A DNA stretch of 63,498 nt, filler included, from Octopus bimaculoides (Eukaryota): the NCBI RefSeq assembly GCF_001194135.2. It is 4 parts of 4 records of this genome, joined end to end, with 100 filler letters (N's around TTAATTAATTAA, not from the genome) between each part and the next. Parts side by side here need not be neighbours in the genome. Positions count along the whole stretch, not along the records: positions 8,208 to 35,367 come from NC_068999.1; 3 more parts are not named here. One strand, 5' to 3'. Shown here in pieces: positions 22,219-34,829 of the stretch. Each line of letters starts with the position of its first letter. Positions within the stretch are counted from its first letter, which is position 1. Position numbers and translations under genes: made by a program. A model generated the notes under the pieces. The model did not search any database, was not told the origin of the DNA, and saw only the letters and a program-made list of their open reading frames with translations.

Positions 22219-25200
22219 ATCATCATCATCGTTTAACGTCCGCTTTCCATGCTAGCATGGGTTGGACGATTTGACTGAGGACTGGCGAACTAGATGGCTA
22301 CACCAGGCTCCAATCTGATTTGGCAGAGTTTCTACAGCTGGATGCCCTTCCTAACACTAGCCACTCCGAGAGTGTAGTGGGTGATTTTACATGCCACCGG
22401 CACGAAGGCCAGTCAGGCGGTACTGGCAACGGCCATGCTCAAAATGGTGTATTTTATGTGCCACCTGCACAGGAGCCAGTCCAGCGGCACTGGCAATGAC
22501 CTCGCTGGAATGTCTTCTCACGTGCCAGGAAGGCGACGTTGGTAACGATCACGCTCAAATGGTGCTATTTATGTACCACCAGCACGGAAGCCAGACAGCT
22601 GCTCTGGCAATGATCATATTCGGACAGTGCTCTTTGCACTCCACTGGTACAGGTGCCATCATAATTTCACTTTCACTTGCCCCAACAAGTTTTTGCAAGC
22701 CGAGTTTAGTGTCCAATGAAGGATATGTTGGCACGGGTGCCAGTCATCGAATTTGGTTTGATTTCAATTTCACTTGCCTCAACAGGTTTTCGCAAATGGA
22801 GTTTAGTGTCGAATGAAGGAAAGGTATGCACAAGTGGGCTGGCTACACCCCTGGCAGAGGCCTCGGATTATGCTCTCACTTGGCTTGCCGGGTCTTCTCA
22901 CGCACATCATATTTCCAAAGGTCTCGGTCACAAATTATTCACTCAGTGAGGCCTAATGCTCGGAGGTGATGCTTCAACACCTCATCCCAGGTCTTCCTGG
23001 GTCTACCTCTTCCACAGATTCCCTCAACCGCTAGAGTGTGGCACTTTTTCACACAGCTATCCTCATCCATTCTTGCCACATGACCATACCAGCGCAATCA
23101 TCTCTCTTGCACACCAGAACTGATGCTTCTTAGGCCCAACTTTTCTCTCAAGGTACTTGCACTCTGTCTAGTATGCACACTGACATCACACATCCAAGGA
23201 GCATACTGGCTTCATTCCTAGTGAGCTTACGCATGTCCTCAGCAGTCAGGGCCCATGTTTCACTGCCATGTAGCATGGCTGTTCGTACACATGCGTCATA
23301 CAGTCTGCCTTTTACTCTGAGTGAGAGGCCCTTTGTCACCAGCAGAGGTAAGAGCTCTCTGAACTTTGCCCAGGCTATTCTTATTCTAACAGCTACACTT
23401 TCAGTGGAAGCTATCAACTACTTCTAGTTTTTCTCCCTGGAATGTGACAGAAGTTGTTTTCTGTACATTTTCAGTGTTTATTGCTCCTGAACATCTGCCA
23501 CATACAAAAACTAACTTCTTAGTTTACCTTCCTTTGATATTGCTGCACCTCTTATGTGTCCATAGCTTACATTGGATACATCTTATAGAGTTTCTACCGG
23601 CACCTTTTCTACAGATCGAGCAAGGCCATCTACTCCCAGGAGCATCCTGTCTTGAATTCCTGTGTTATTGCGTGGAGGACTATGCTAAATAGGAGGGGGC
23701 TGAGGACTGAACCTTGGTGGACCCCTACCTCTACCCGGAATTCTTCAAAGTACTCGTTGCCAACTCTCACCTTACTGACAGCGTCCCTGTACATGGCTCG
23801 CACAGCTCTCACTAACCATTCTTCTATCCCAAGTTTCCTCATTGACCACCAGATACGGGATCGGGGGACCCTGTCAAAGGCTTTCTCCATGTTAACGAAA
23901 GCCAGGTACAGAGGCTTATCTTTGGCTAGGTATTTCTCCTGCAGCTGTCTTACCAGAAATATAGCATCAGTCGTGCTTTTCCTTGGCCCGAACCCAAACT
24001 GCATCTCATCTAAACTGACTCTGTCCCTAATTAGTTGGGCTATGACCCTCTCCGTGACTTTCATTACTTGATCTAATAACTTGATACCTCTGTAATTATT
24101 TGTATCTAAAGCGTCACCTTTACCTTTGTAGCAGTTGATTATGGTGCTGCTAGCCCAGTCATTGGGTATGACTCCTTTGTGTATCACCTGGTTAACAGTA
24201 CGGGTGACTAGGCTATAGCCGACACTGCCAGATATTTTGAGCATCTCTGCAGTGATTGCTGATGGGCCTGGGGCCTTTCTTGTGTTCATACTCTTGATCG
24301 CTTTATCTACCATGATACTGTCAACTCGGATAGCTGGTCCCTCTGTTGGGTCCACATTCAGCAGACTCTCTCCCATTCATTATCTTTATCAAGCAACCTT
24401 TCATAGTGGCATCTCCAAACCTCTTTCTTTGCAGCCTTGTTTAGTGCAAGTGTACCATCATCCATGTGAACACATTTCTCTCCCACGACATCACTATTCT
24501 CTCTCACACACTGTCTTGCAATCCGAAATACCACAAGTCTTTGGTCCTCACGGCGCAGAACATTGGTAAATTCTTTCTTATCTGCTTTCCCTCTGACTAA
24601 ATAAACCTGTCGCCTAGCTTCCCTTCTGGCAGTCTGATACAATTCCCTGCTACCACCGTTCTTCCAGTCCTTCCAAGCCTGTTTCTTTTGTCTAATAACC
24701 CTGTCAACAACATTGTTCCACCACCACATTATTTTGGGTTGAGAGGGGACTTTGCACCATCCACAGATCTGGTCAGTGGCCCTCAGCAGGTTGTCCCGTA
24801 GAAATCTCCAATTGTCTTCCACATTATGTGATGCTATATCCACTTCTATTTCATCAAATGCTTTGAGCAAGACGTTTCTAAATCTCTGTCCATTTGCAGG
24901 ATCTTAAAGCTTCCAGACCCTTCTCCTCCATGCTGGTCGTCTTCTGGGCAACCACTTAGCCGTGATCCTGAAGCCACTAACTACTAGTCTATGTCATGGA
25001 GTACATTGTTTGCCTGGGAAGGTTTTGGCATTTATAAGCAGTCGTCTTTCCCTTTTCCTGGCGAGGATGTAGTTAATTTGGCTAGTGTGTCTGCCAGAAC
25101 GGCAGGTTACTAGGTGACTTGCAGGTTTCCTGAAGTTAGTATTGCAAACCATAAGGTCATTTGCATCATAGAACTCCAACAGCCTGGTTCCCTCCTCATT

Positions 25201-25510
25201 GCGGGAACCAAAACTATAGCCTCCATGTTACGCCATGGAAGCCCCCTGAATGTTGTCCAACATGTCCACTGAAGTCACCAGCCACAAAGAGGTCCCTGTC
25301 ATTTGTCGACGAGGTAGTCTGCAAGAAGGTGTCATAAAATCGGTCTTTCTGTCCATGGGGTAGCCCGGGCTGAGGGGCATAGGTCGAGATAATGGTTGTT
25401 AACCCATGGTGAAGGACTAATCTAATCTTAAGTATTCTATCGCCTACTCTAGCTACCTCGATTACCTTATCCACCCATTTCTCCGCAAGAAGTATATCCA
25501 CGCCCCCATT
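22219..25510 (-). mobile_element. RTE-clade LINE (copy 2): partial APE, RT with embedded PHD finger, YADD region deleted
   Basis: STYAPQPG, VAGDFSGHVG, NYRGIKLL, EKAFDRVPR, VGVHQGSVLSPLLF, then TGCSWE joined directly to RWPCSIC at about 23630. Same 3' UTR and tail as copy 1, inverted. Confidence 0.9.
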
Positions 25511-25519
25511 ATAAAGTTA

Positions 25520-26660
25520 GCTGTATATATTAAGCTATTTTAAAGTAATGAATTAAAAGATTGATAATGATTAGCAAAGTTCATATGACCTAGCCATGTG
25601 GTAGCATTGGTTTGTAAATTAATTATTTCAGAGAGTGTCGGAAGTCAAGTCTGCAGTTCAGTGCAGACTTAATATGGAATAGTATAAAGTACTTTTTATT
25701 CAAGCATAGCAGATGCTTCATAGAATTCCAATATGATGTATGCCTGTAATAGTTAGCTTTCTCCAAAATTGTTCATTGTATCTTAAAGTGGGTAGAAGCA
25801 GTTACTTTTAATTATCATATATGTTCGGATAAATTTGTTACTGACTTATTCTCAGGATATGTGAAAGAATTCCTACATGAATAAAGTTTCATTTTGAAGC
25901 TATTTTCTGTGGCCTCTATCTAAGGATATTGTCAGTCTGTAACCTAGCACTTTATAAAACATTTTTGATAGAGCAATTACCATTTAATGAGCAGCATCCA
26001 ATGTTGTGGGGAGGGGTTTGTGCTAATTAATGAATGAGGTAAAATTTTTGCAATGAGAATAGCTAATATTTTGGGGTTTTTCTGTTAAAAATTCTGTAAT
26101 ATTTATGGTCTCATGGAAAATGACTTGATATCAAATTTTAAAATTCCTTAGCTACATTAGTTCTAATGCTTGTTATATGTTAGGTTACACCACAAAACCT
26201 TTCTAATTTTGTGAGACCATCTTAGCATTGGTGACATAGGAGATCTACTCAGTGAATCTGCTCTTACTGTATCATTGTAGTATGAGGAGACATTAAAGAT
26301 TTTCTTGTCTTATGACAAGGTGGGAATTCACTTACCTGTATTACTGTTTTTGAGAATACAGAGAAGGCGACATTGTAGAATGCCTTTTCATTAGGCTTTG
26401 ATACAGCTTAAAGGTATCAGATAGTAAATCAGGATTGATATCTAAAAGATTAATACTACTAAGATTGTTAATTAATTTTTTTAAGCCCATCTGCTGGAAG
26501 AATACAATAAGACCTCCTAAGGCCATTGTCATGCCTGTTCATATTACAAATGATAATAAGGCCATCGTCTCTGTATAGACCCATTGTAAAAAAAGGAAAT
26601 TCTTTATGTAAGTGGCACCATTTCTGTTGGATGCTGCACCCTGATGACAGTTCACACTGC
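25520..26660 (-). mobile_element. Decayed Penelope-like element (RT 3' half + C-terminal GIY-YIG)
   Basis: GLYRDDGL RT motif, HFP*DHKYYRIFNR, CSLNGNCSIKNV, frameshifted ATENSFK (GIY-YIG second motif region). Confidence 0.7.
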
Positions 26661-26824
26661 ACTACTTCACTTTTTTTTTTCAGCTATTGAATTTCCTACA
26701 TGGTTTAATTCTGGAAAAAGGTGTGGAAACTGATACATCCTTTTGCTTAACAAATGTTCAATGCTATTCTAGAAGATATGTATAACAAAAACGGAGGAGT
26801 AGATGAAAACTGGTTATGTAAAGG

Positions 26825-27082
26825 TGTTGTATAGTGAAACTGTATACCCCTCCCAGTAAAAAGTGGTAGGATCCAGCCATTATAAATAGACCAGTAGCTG
26901 GTCGTCAAGAATTGACAGTTCTAGTTGGTGTCTTGTGGAGCTATCAGCTATAGTAAGACAGAAGTTGGTGTATTACTATTCCGGTATGAAGAGATACAAT
27001 GGTATCCAATGACTAGTAACTTTTGTGGCTACTAGCATAAAACAGCAACTACCGTACAACGGCAGTCACCCACTTTACAACA
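26825..27082 (+). repeat. 5' LTR
   Basis: Direct repeat of 30336-30621. Contains TATAAATA. Confidence 0.9.
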
Positions 27083-30000
27083 GTGGTGATAAGGGAAAAG
27101 AAATTACGCAGAGTGAAAAAAAAAACATTCATGCAGCATTTAAACTAATTCACGTGGAAAATTAACTAACTCGACAAAAATCTTGTGCAATCTTATGAAA
27201 ATTGTAAAATATGGAAGACTTGTTAGCTGGGGTAGTTGAGGTGCAAAAACAGCAACAACAACAACTCAAGGAACAACAAGGATTGCAGCAGCAAATGCTA
27301 CAACTAATGAAGTTCACAACCAAACCAGAGAATACATTTTTGCCTGACCATGTAGCAAATTCCACAAGCGAATTGAAATATGACCCCGAAGGAGGAGTAA
27401 CCTTCAAGGCTTACTTTCGAAGATTTGAAGAAATTTTGGAAAAAGAATGTCAGGATTGGACGGACAAAATGAAAATGCTTCTAGTTTTAAGAAAACTAGT
27501 GACAGCAGAGCTTGAGAAGTATACTAACTTCGTATTGCCATAAAAAGTGTCCAACATAAATTTCACCGACACAGTTGACATTTTGTGCAAAATGTTTAGT
27601 GAAAAGAGCTCACTATATTTTGGGCAAAATGTTTAGTGAAAAGAGCTCACTATATTAGAAATTGTTTAAACATAGAAAAGAGCAAAGATGAAGACTTCAC
27701 TACTTACACAGGCAGTCAACAAAGAATGTGAGAGATTTAGGCTAGATATACTTTCTCCAGATTCTTTCAAGTGCTTGATTTTTTGCACAAGGATTGACAG
27801 ATAAAAGGGATGCAGAAATCCAAACAAAAATTCTAGCAAAATGGGAAATGAACCAAGATTTGACATTGCAGAAACTGTCAGAAGAGTGTGTCATGATATT
27901 AAAATTAAGGCATGACATAGAAGAAATTCAATGGAAAGAGTGTTTTCACATAAGATTAGTGCAAAAAAGTCAAAAGACAAATAAAGTTTTGCAGGAAAAG
28001 CAGAAAAAATATCTGGATGTAGACCCATGTATGGCATGTGGTGGGATGCACCTGAAAAAAGATTGTATAAAAAAGCAAAGTGTTTCCGCAGTGGGTTTAC
28101 AGGACATATAAAATCGTACTGCAAAACTAGAATGATAGGAAAATGGAACAAACAAGAAAAAATGAATAGTTTGTCAGCAGGAAAAGTTTTGACTACAACA
28201 GATGGAAAATTCGTGCGTGTAAGAATTAAAACCACAAGTGTCAGAATGTAATTAGACAAGGGAAGTGACATCATAATCATAAATGAGAAAATGTGGGAAC
28301 AAATGAGTAAGCCAAAATTAAGTAGTACAAACAAAATAGCATATGGTGTTACAGGAAGAAAATTATATTTCACAGGCAAATGCATTTGTAGTATAATGTT
28401 CAAAGGTCGAATCAAAAATGTGAATGTTTATGTGTTGAAAAAAATTTATGAATTTATTTGGCACCGAATGTGGAGAAATTTAATTTATAGTATACACTCA
28501 CAAGCGTTTTGTGCAATAATGTAAATGGAGCAGTCAAGCAATCAAGTGAGGTTGATGAACTGAGACAAAAAATGAAAGAAACTTTCCCAAAAGTTTTTTT
28601 CGTAAGGTTTATGCTGTTGTACAAAAACAAAAGCAAGGATTGCTATCAAATAAAATTCAACACCTATTTTCAGGCCCAAACAGAACATGCCGTTTGCAGC
28701 AGTAGACCAGTTCAATAACGAACTAGAGAGGTTGGAAAGTATGAATATAATTGAAAAGCTTGGCCATGCAGACTGGGCAGCACCAGTGGTCAGTGTAAAA
28801 AAAGAAAAATAAGCTAAGAGTGTGCACAGACTTCTCAACTGTCTACTCACACAATTACCCACTACCAAGCCCAGAAGAAGTATTTGCTAAACTAAACAGA
28901 GAGAAAATTTTCTCGAAGTTAGGCCTCTTAGAGGAGATTGCACACATCTACTAACAATCAACATGCAGCGTGGATTGTACAAGTCCAAACGACTGCCATT
29001 TGGAGTAAAAGTGGCACCCACTATATTCCAACAAATAATGGATGCAATGTTCAGTGATTGCGATTTCGCCATTGCATACCTTGATGACATTTTGATAAAG
29101 AGCAAGTCTCGGATGCAACATGTCGAATACATTAAGTATTTGAGAGAATAAGTGAATATGGGCTAAAGCTGACAGAAGAAAAATGTGAATTTTTGATGAA
29201 AAAAATAAAATACTTAGGTTAAGTAATTGACAAAAATAGATGCAGACCGGACCCATCAAGAGTGACCAATACAAACGTGACAATGTTACAAACATTCTTA
29301 AGCATGGTAAATTATTACCAAGTGTATATCCCAAATATACATATGGTAAAGGCATCGCTTAATGAATTACTAAAAGACAATGCCAAATGGGTTTGGACAG
29401 AGAAATGCCAGAAAGCATTTAACAAATTAAAAGATGCATTAACTTCAGCTTACACATTTCAACCCAAAGTTAGAAATAATACTAGCTACAGATGCTAGTG
29501 AGTATAGGATAGGAGTATGCTCCTACACAAGGATAACGATGGCAGGAGAAAGGCCATAGCTCACACATCAAGGACATTATTGCCGGCGGAAATGAGCTAT
29601 AGCCAGATTGAAAAAGAAGTGTTGGCTATTATATTTGGCATGAAAAAGTTCCACAGATTCAATTACGGCAGACGTTTTTGGTTGCAAACAGACCATAGAC
29701 TTCTAATAACGATATATGGATCCATGAAAGGAATCCCAACACATACAGGAAACAAACTGCAGTGGTGGGGTACCATTTTATTAAACTGCGATTATAGAAT
29801 AGAATATCTGCCTTCAAAAAGGTTGGGGCATGCTGATGGTCTATCTAGGTTAATTCCAAGAAATAACGAACCACTGAATGGATTTTTTTTCACTCCAGTA
29901 GAATTAATGTTTGCCAGAAAGAGGAAGTCAGTATTCGATCAACTATTATCAGTGAAGAAAAAATATCTGCTAGTAAAGACATGCCAAAATTCTGGGAAGG

Positions 30001-30335
30001 AGAAATTGTAACATACATTGGAAGAATGATGTATGATGTAAGAAGCAGAAATGGAATTGAAAGGAGACACAGAAATCAGCTTAATGAAAGAGTCATACAA
30101 AAAGAAACCAACAAGAGCAGAAATACCAATGGATTGGCTATGTGACATTTTTCAGGTTCCAACACCATTGCAAGAAGTTGAAATCACATGTACAAGGAAA
30201 AGGCAGAACACTGAATTCCTTAAAGTAGACCCTAAGAAGAAAAGAGATATTGAGTATATATAAAAAATTAAAAAAATGAGGAGGTGGGATGAATAAAAGA
30301 AATTGATTGTTTAATAAAATGATTAAAAGGGGAGA

Positions 30336-30621
30336 TGTATAGTGAAACTATACCCCTCCCGGTAAAATGTGGTAGGATCCAGCCATTATAAATAGACCAG
30401 TAGCCGGTCATCAAGAGAGGGTCGAGAGTCAACAGTTCTAGTCAGTATCTTGTGGAGCTATCAGTGATAGTAAGACAGAAGTTAGTGTATTACTATTCTG
30501 GTACAAAGAGATACAACAGTATCTGATGACTAGTAACTATTGTGGCTACTAGCGTAAAACAGCAACTACTGTACAATGTCAATCACACATCACACCAGTG
30601 GAAGGAATCTACTTTATAACA
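30336..30621 (+). repeat. 3' LTR
   Basis: Follows the PPT, ends actttataaca, followed by TSD aaagg. Confidence 0.9.
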
Positions 30622-30730
30622 AAAGGATAACTGGGAGTTTTTATAATGTAACTGCTGTAATTTACAAACTAGTTTTATAGCTGAAGCAGGGTACCAGTCA
30701 TAAGGTACATGGTGGTGGAATAGCATTGTA

Positions 30731-32079
30731 TTAGGTCATCTAGTATGAAATTTGTAGAAAAGAAAAAAAAATGTTTGCTAATGTCTTATAAATACAAGGA
30801 ATAGTTTTATTCATCAAAGTATGCACCCATATTGTCAATACACTTTTGCCATTTCAGTGGTAGCTTGTCCAGCTTGGAACTGTAAAAGCCTGGCAATCTA
30901 GAGTCAATGAAATCTTGGAAGGCCTGTTTTACAGCATCGTTGGAAATAAATATTTTCCTATCAAAAAGTTATTCAAATTTTGGAAGAAGTGGTAGTCAAT
31001 GGGGGCAAGATCAGGTAAGTATGGTGGATGATGGAGAACTTCCAACTCCTGTAGTTTCGCCAATGTCATTTTTGTGATGTATGGTCTGGCGTTGTCTTGC
31101 AGTAAAATTGGAGTGGATCTGTTGACTAATCTAGGTTGTTTTTTAGTAAGTTTCTGCATCATTTGGTCCAGTTGGCTGTAGTATACTTCGGCCATGGTTG
31201 ATGAGCCAGGTTTAATGAAATCATAATGGATCACACCTGCATCTGACCACCAAACACACACCAACACTTCTTTTGATGAATTTTGCTTTTTGGATTGTTT
31301 TGGTGGCTCGTCTTTGTCCAACCATTGTGCTGAACATTTATGGTTGTTGTATTGGATCCATTTCTCATCACGTTACAATTCGTTTAAAAAATGATTCATT
31401 TTTGTGATGAGAAAGTAGCATAATGCAGGCTTCCAAATGTTGCTGTTTCTGATTTTCATTGAGTTCATGTGGAACCCACTTATCCNNNNNNNNNNAGGCT
31501 TCCAAATGTTGCTGTTTCTGATTTTCATTGAGTTCATGTGGAACCCACTTATCCAACTTTTCCACTTTACCAATTTGAACTAGGTGAGTCAATATTACTT
31601 GCTTGCTAATACCAAACAACAACGATAATTCACAGGCACTTTGAGATGGATCTGACTCGACGGTAGTTTTCAGTTCGTCATTATCCACCTTTGTTTCTGG
31701 TCAACTGCATTGCTCATTTGTGAGATCAAACTTACCAGAATGAAATTTTGCAAACCAATTTGATACTGTCTGTTGTGTAATAACATTAGAATGAGAAATA
31801 CTCTGTTAATATTCTGAGCTGTCTGTGATGCTGTATTTCCAAGAAAGAACTCGTATTTCAAAACTGTACAAATTTCTGACTTATCCATCAGTAAACAAAG
31901 ATAGCAAAAAAACGATTTATAAATACTTTATAAAGTGCAAAATGAGTTAGAATAAAGAAATAGATGTGTCAGCTTTCTAACAAAAAATATAGATTGTCAA
32001 ATTATAATAATGGTACAAAATGAGCAGCTGTCAAAGTTTACCATATACCTTACTACAAATTTCATACTTGACAACCTAA
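30731..32079 (-). mobile_element. Full-length but inactivated mariner (Hsmar1/cecropia-like DD34D transposase)
   Basis: TA flanks at 30729-30730 and 32080-32081. About 28-bp TIR ttaggt(tgtca/catct)agtatgaaatttgtag. MDKSEICTVLKYEF, WVPHEL, ILLQDNARP, HPPYLPDLAPIDYHFF, with frameshifts. Confidence 0.9.
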
Positions 32080-32081
32080 TA

Positions 32082-32475
32082 GATAGAGTAATAAAAGCTA
32101 AAAGACAGGCATAGAAAGACTGGAAGGAATGGACATGTGCATCTAAGAAAGAAGCTAAGTGACAAGTGTACCTGGCTTGACAAGAAGCTAAAAGCAGATT
32201 TGTCAGCCTTCCACAATGATAGGATCAGAGGCATGAGATATGCCAAGGTAAATTGAGATGTAATTAGGGAAAAATGAGTTCAAAATGACAGTGGCACACT
32301 TTCACTAAGGATGAGAGGAGACTTAAAAATGCTATTAGTGGCTACTGAATGTGGGAAATGTGTTGATGGAAGAGTAACTCAGGGACCAGCTATTGAAGTT
32401 GACAGTTATGTAGTCAAATGATCATTGAAGCTATGAAGACAGAAAAACCAGTAGGTCCATCAGTTATAATTGCTG
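32082..32475 (+). mobile_element. Highly decayed RTE LINE fragment
   Basis: Homologous to the reverse complement of 24240-24720 (gatagagtaataaaagctaaaagacaggc…cagggaccagctattgaagttgacag). Confidence 0.65.
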
Positions 32476-32944
32476 GTGTTGCTTAGGCAGAAGTAGTTAT
32501 GATACTCTGGTTTCATGCATAAATGTGTCAGTTGTTGAGGTGCTGTACAGCTGAAGTCATTGACTCTGTTGATCACCAAGGGTTGAACATGATATCTTTT
32601 CTTTTGTTTGGCATCTTTGATTGTTTGATTGTTGTCAAATTTGATAGATAAACCATTGTGTGTGTGTGTGTTCATTTAACATTCATTTTTCCATTCTTGC
32701 ATGGTTTGAATGAATATATTTTTTGAAGCATAGTTTTAAAGTTAGCTACCTTTTCAGACATAATTTTTTTTTTAACTATCTCTTATTTCACCTAACTTCA
32801 AAAGCATGAACTGACCAGAATTTGTTGCCAGAAAAAACTGACAACAATACAGCTCACCACACTTTTGTGCAAACAGACATAAACATGTTTCATATACATA
32901 CATGTATATGACTGTTCTTTCAGTTTTTGCTTATGCAATCCACA

Positions 32945-33055
32945 CACGTTTTTGATCAGCCCAGGGCTATAGTAGAAAGTACTTGCCCTAGTGTCCAACT
33001 GAGCCTGAAACCAAATGGATGAGAAGTAAACTTCTCTACTATACAGCCATGCCAG
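32945..33055 (-). mobile_element. SINE family A head fragment
   Basis: cccagggctatagtagaaagtacttgccctagtgtcc…aaccaaatgg…atacagccatgcc matches the copy at 15-120. Confidence 0.65.
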
Positions 33056-33087
33056 GACATACATACATACATACATACATACATACA

Positions 33088-33120
<33 letters not shown>

Positions 33121-33136
33121 GTATATATATATATAG

Positions 33137-34436
33137 GCCATATCATAAACCTAATACAAACCTTAGATACATTCATAGAAATAGCAATCCCCCCAAAAAT
33201 ATAACCTGATCTATAGTAGAAAATATATCAATCTGCATTACTAACCTCTCAGTGAATGAGGAAGTATTTAAATTAAATGAGGGCTTTTATAATTTTGCAT
33301 TAGAGAAGGTGGGATATAGAGAAAAATAAAAAAAATTTTAACAGTAGTAATGATAGAAATAATGTAAGTAGCGGGTTAGACCATACTGACAATAATCATA
33401 ATAGTATTCATAATATGAAGAACACCACTAACTAAAAAGAACAGACAGTAGGAAGTGTTAACAATATAACTATAGAGTACCTAGAAACAGAAAGAAGATT
33501 ACAAATTTACTTGAACATGCACCAAATAAAGTACAAAGTGGCTTAGATATTAATGTACCTACTAAGAAGTCCCATTCAGAGAGGGTAGGTAAACAATACA
33601 TAAACTATATAAATAGTAATATACAAATAACTGACAAATATAATAGCAAACAAACCCAACACCATATTAAGAATCAAATAAATAGATTACACACTTTTAC
33701 AAAAAACTTAGAAATACATACCTTAGTAACATGGATACCTCAAGCTATATTGAATGGTATATAATTCCCTTCGCAAAACAAATAATTTCCAATATACCAA
33801 AATTGTTTTATTCAGCATTGACTAAACATTTTCCAAAAGACAGTAAATACTATAGAATTTTTAATAAACAGGGTTAGATTAGCTTTCTGTAATAGCAAAA
33901 ATCTAGCACAGATTATAGCAGCACACATCACTAGTAAATTTATCAGTTTCCATATATGAACAATAGCAATAATAGTAACTAGAATTATAATTATAAATAG
34001 CAACAATGTCAACATGAGTGGACAAACCATAAGTAACACAACAAGGTATCAGGATAGGAACTATGGTTTGACAACCAATAAAATTGAAGAGACCCAAGGG
34101 GAACTCCACAATTAACCTGGAAGTAGAATATGTGAATCCTAAAAAGCAAAGTACTTAGAAGATGGCAGGAGAATATAGAAATCACATCTAGAGTAGGTGA
34201 AGTGGATATTAGTGATAGAAGTAGTAGACCTATTAAGTATGATTGTGCAAAGAACAGGATCTGTCCATTTAACTCCAATTGTTGGTATAAAAATATCATA
34301 CACAGATGTATTCTCTGAAATAATCTTACATCTGTGTATGATATTTTTATACCAACAATTAGAGTTAAATTCATATCTAATAAAGTTAATACAGAATTAT
34401 ATGCTGTTAACTGTTAGAGGCATTTATGTTAAGTAA
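33137..34436 (+). mobile_element. Decayed Penelope-like element with long Asn-rich linkers; GIY-YIG core replaced by an inverted duplication
   Basis: PYHKPNTNLRYIHRNSNPP, TNLSVNEEVFK…ALEKVGY, IEWYIIPFAK…KHFPKDSKYYRIFNK, CAKNRICPFNSNC. KYYRIFN is shared with the 25520-26660 copy. Confidence 0.65.
34267..34370. repeat. Inverted repeat, 44-bp arms (1 mismatch), 16-nt spacer
   Basis: atttaactccaattgttggtataaaaatatcatacacagatgta / tacatctgtgtatgatatttttataccaacaattagagttaaat. ORFs on both strands contain the same peptides. Confidence 0.9.
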
Positions 34437-34829
34437 AATTACATTAAATAAAATATGCCATATGTACACAAACCTCTCTCTATATATATGTGTGTAATAC
34501 ACACACACATACATACATACATACATACATACATACATACATACACATTTGTGCATATGTATTTATGTGTGTTTATATAGGGAGAAAGGCGACATAGGAT
34601 AAAGTAAAATTATTGTGGAGATTGGAGTTTCTAACATTTTGGATTGAGTACTTTTGATTCCCCCCGACTCCACAGGCTGGTGGTGGTAGGGATTCAGAGT
34701 TTTTCATCCTTTGTGTTTGAGCAACTGACTACAAGGAATGCAAAACAAGATGAGCATGCATACATAGAAAAGTTGTTGAGAGGAAAAGAAAAAGAAATGA
34801 TATATATATATATTGTCACATTAAGTTGA

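Larger units (their letters stand above)
26825..30621 (+). mobile_element. Ty3/Gypsy LTR retrotransposon, 3.8 kb, decayed, integrase core deleted
   Basis: TSD AAAGG at 26820-26824 and 30622-30626. 5' LTR has TGTTGTA…TACAACA ends. PBS-like gtggtgat at 27083, PPT aaaaggggaga before 30336. gag, protease (LDKGSD), RT (YLDDILI), RNase H (YSQIEKEVLAIIFG) in Gypsy order. Confidence 0.9.
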
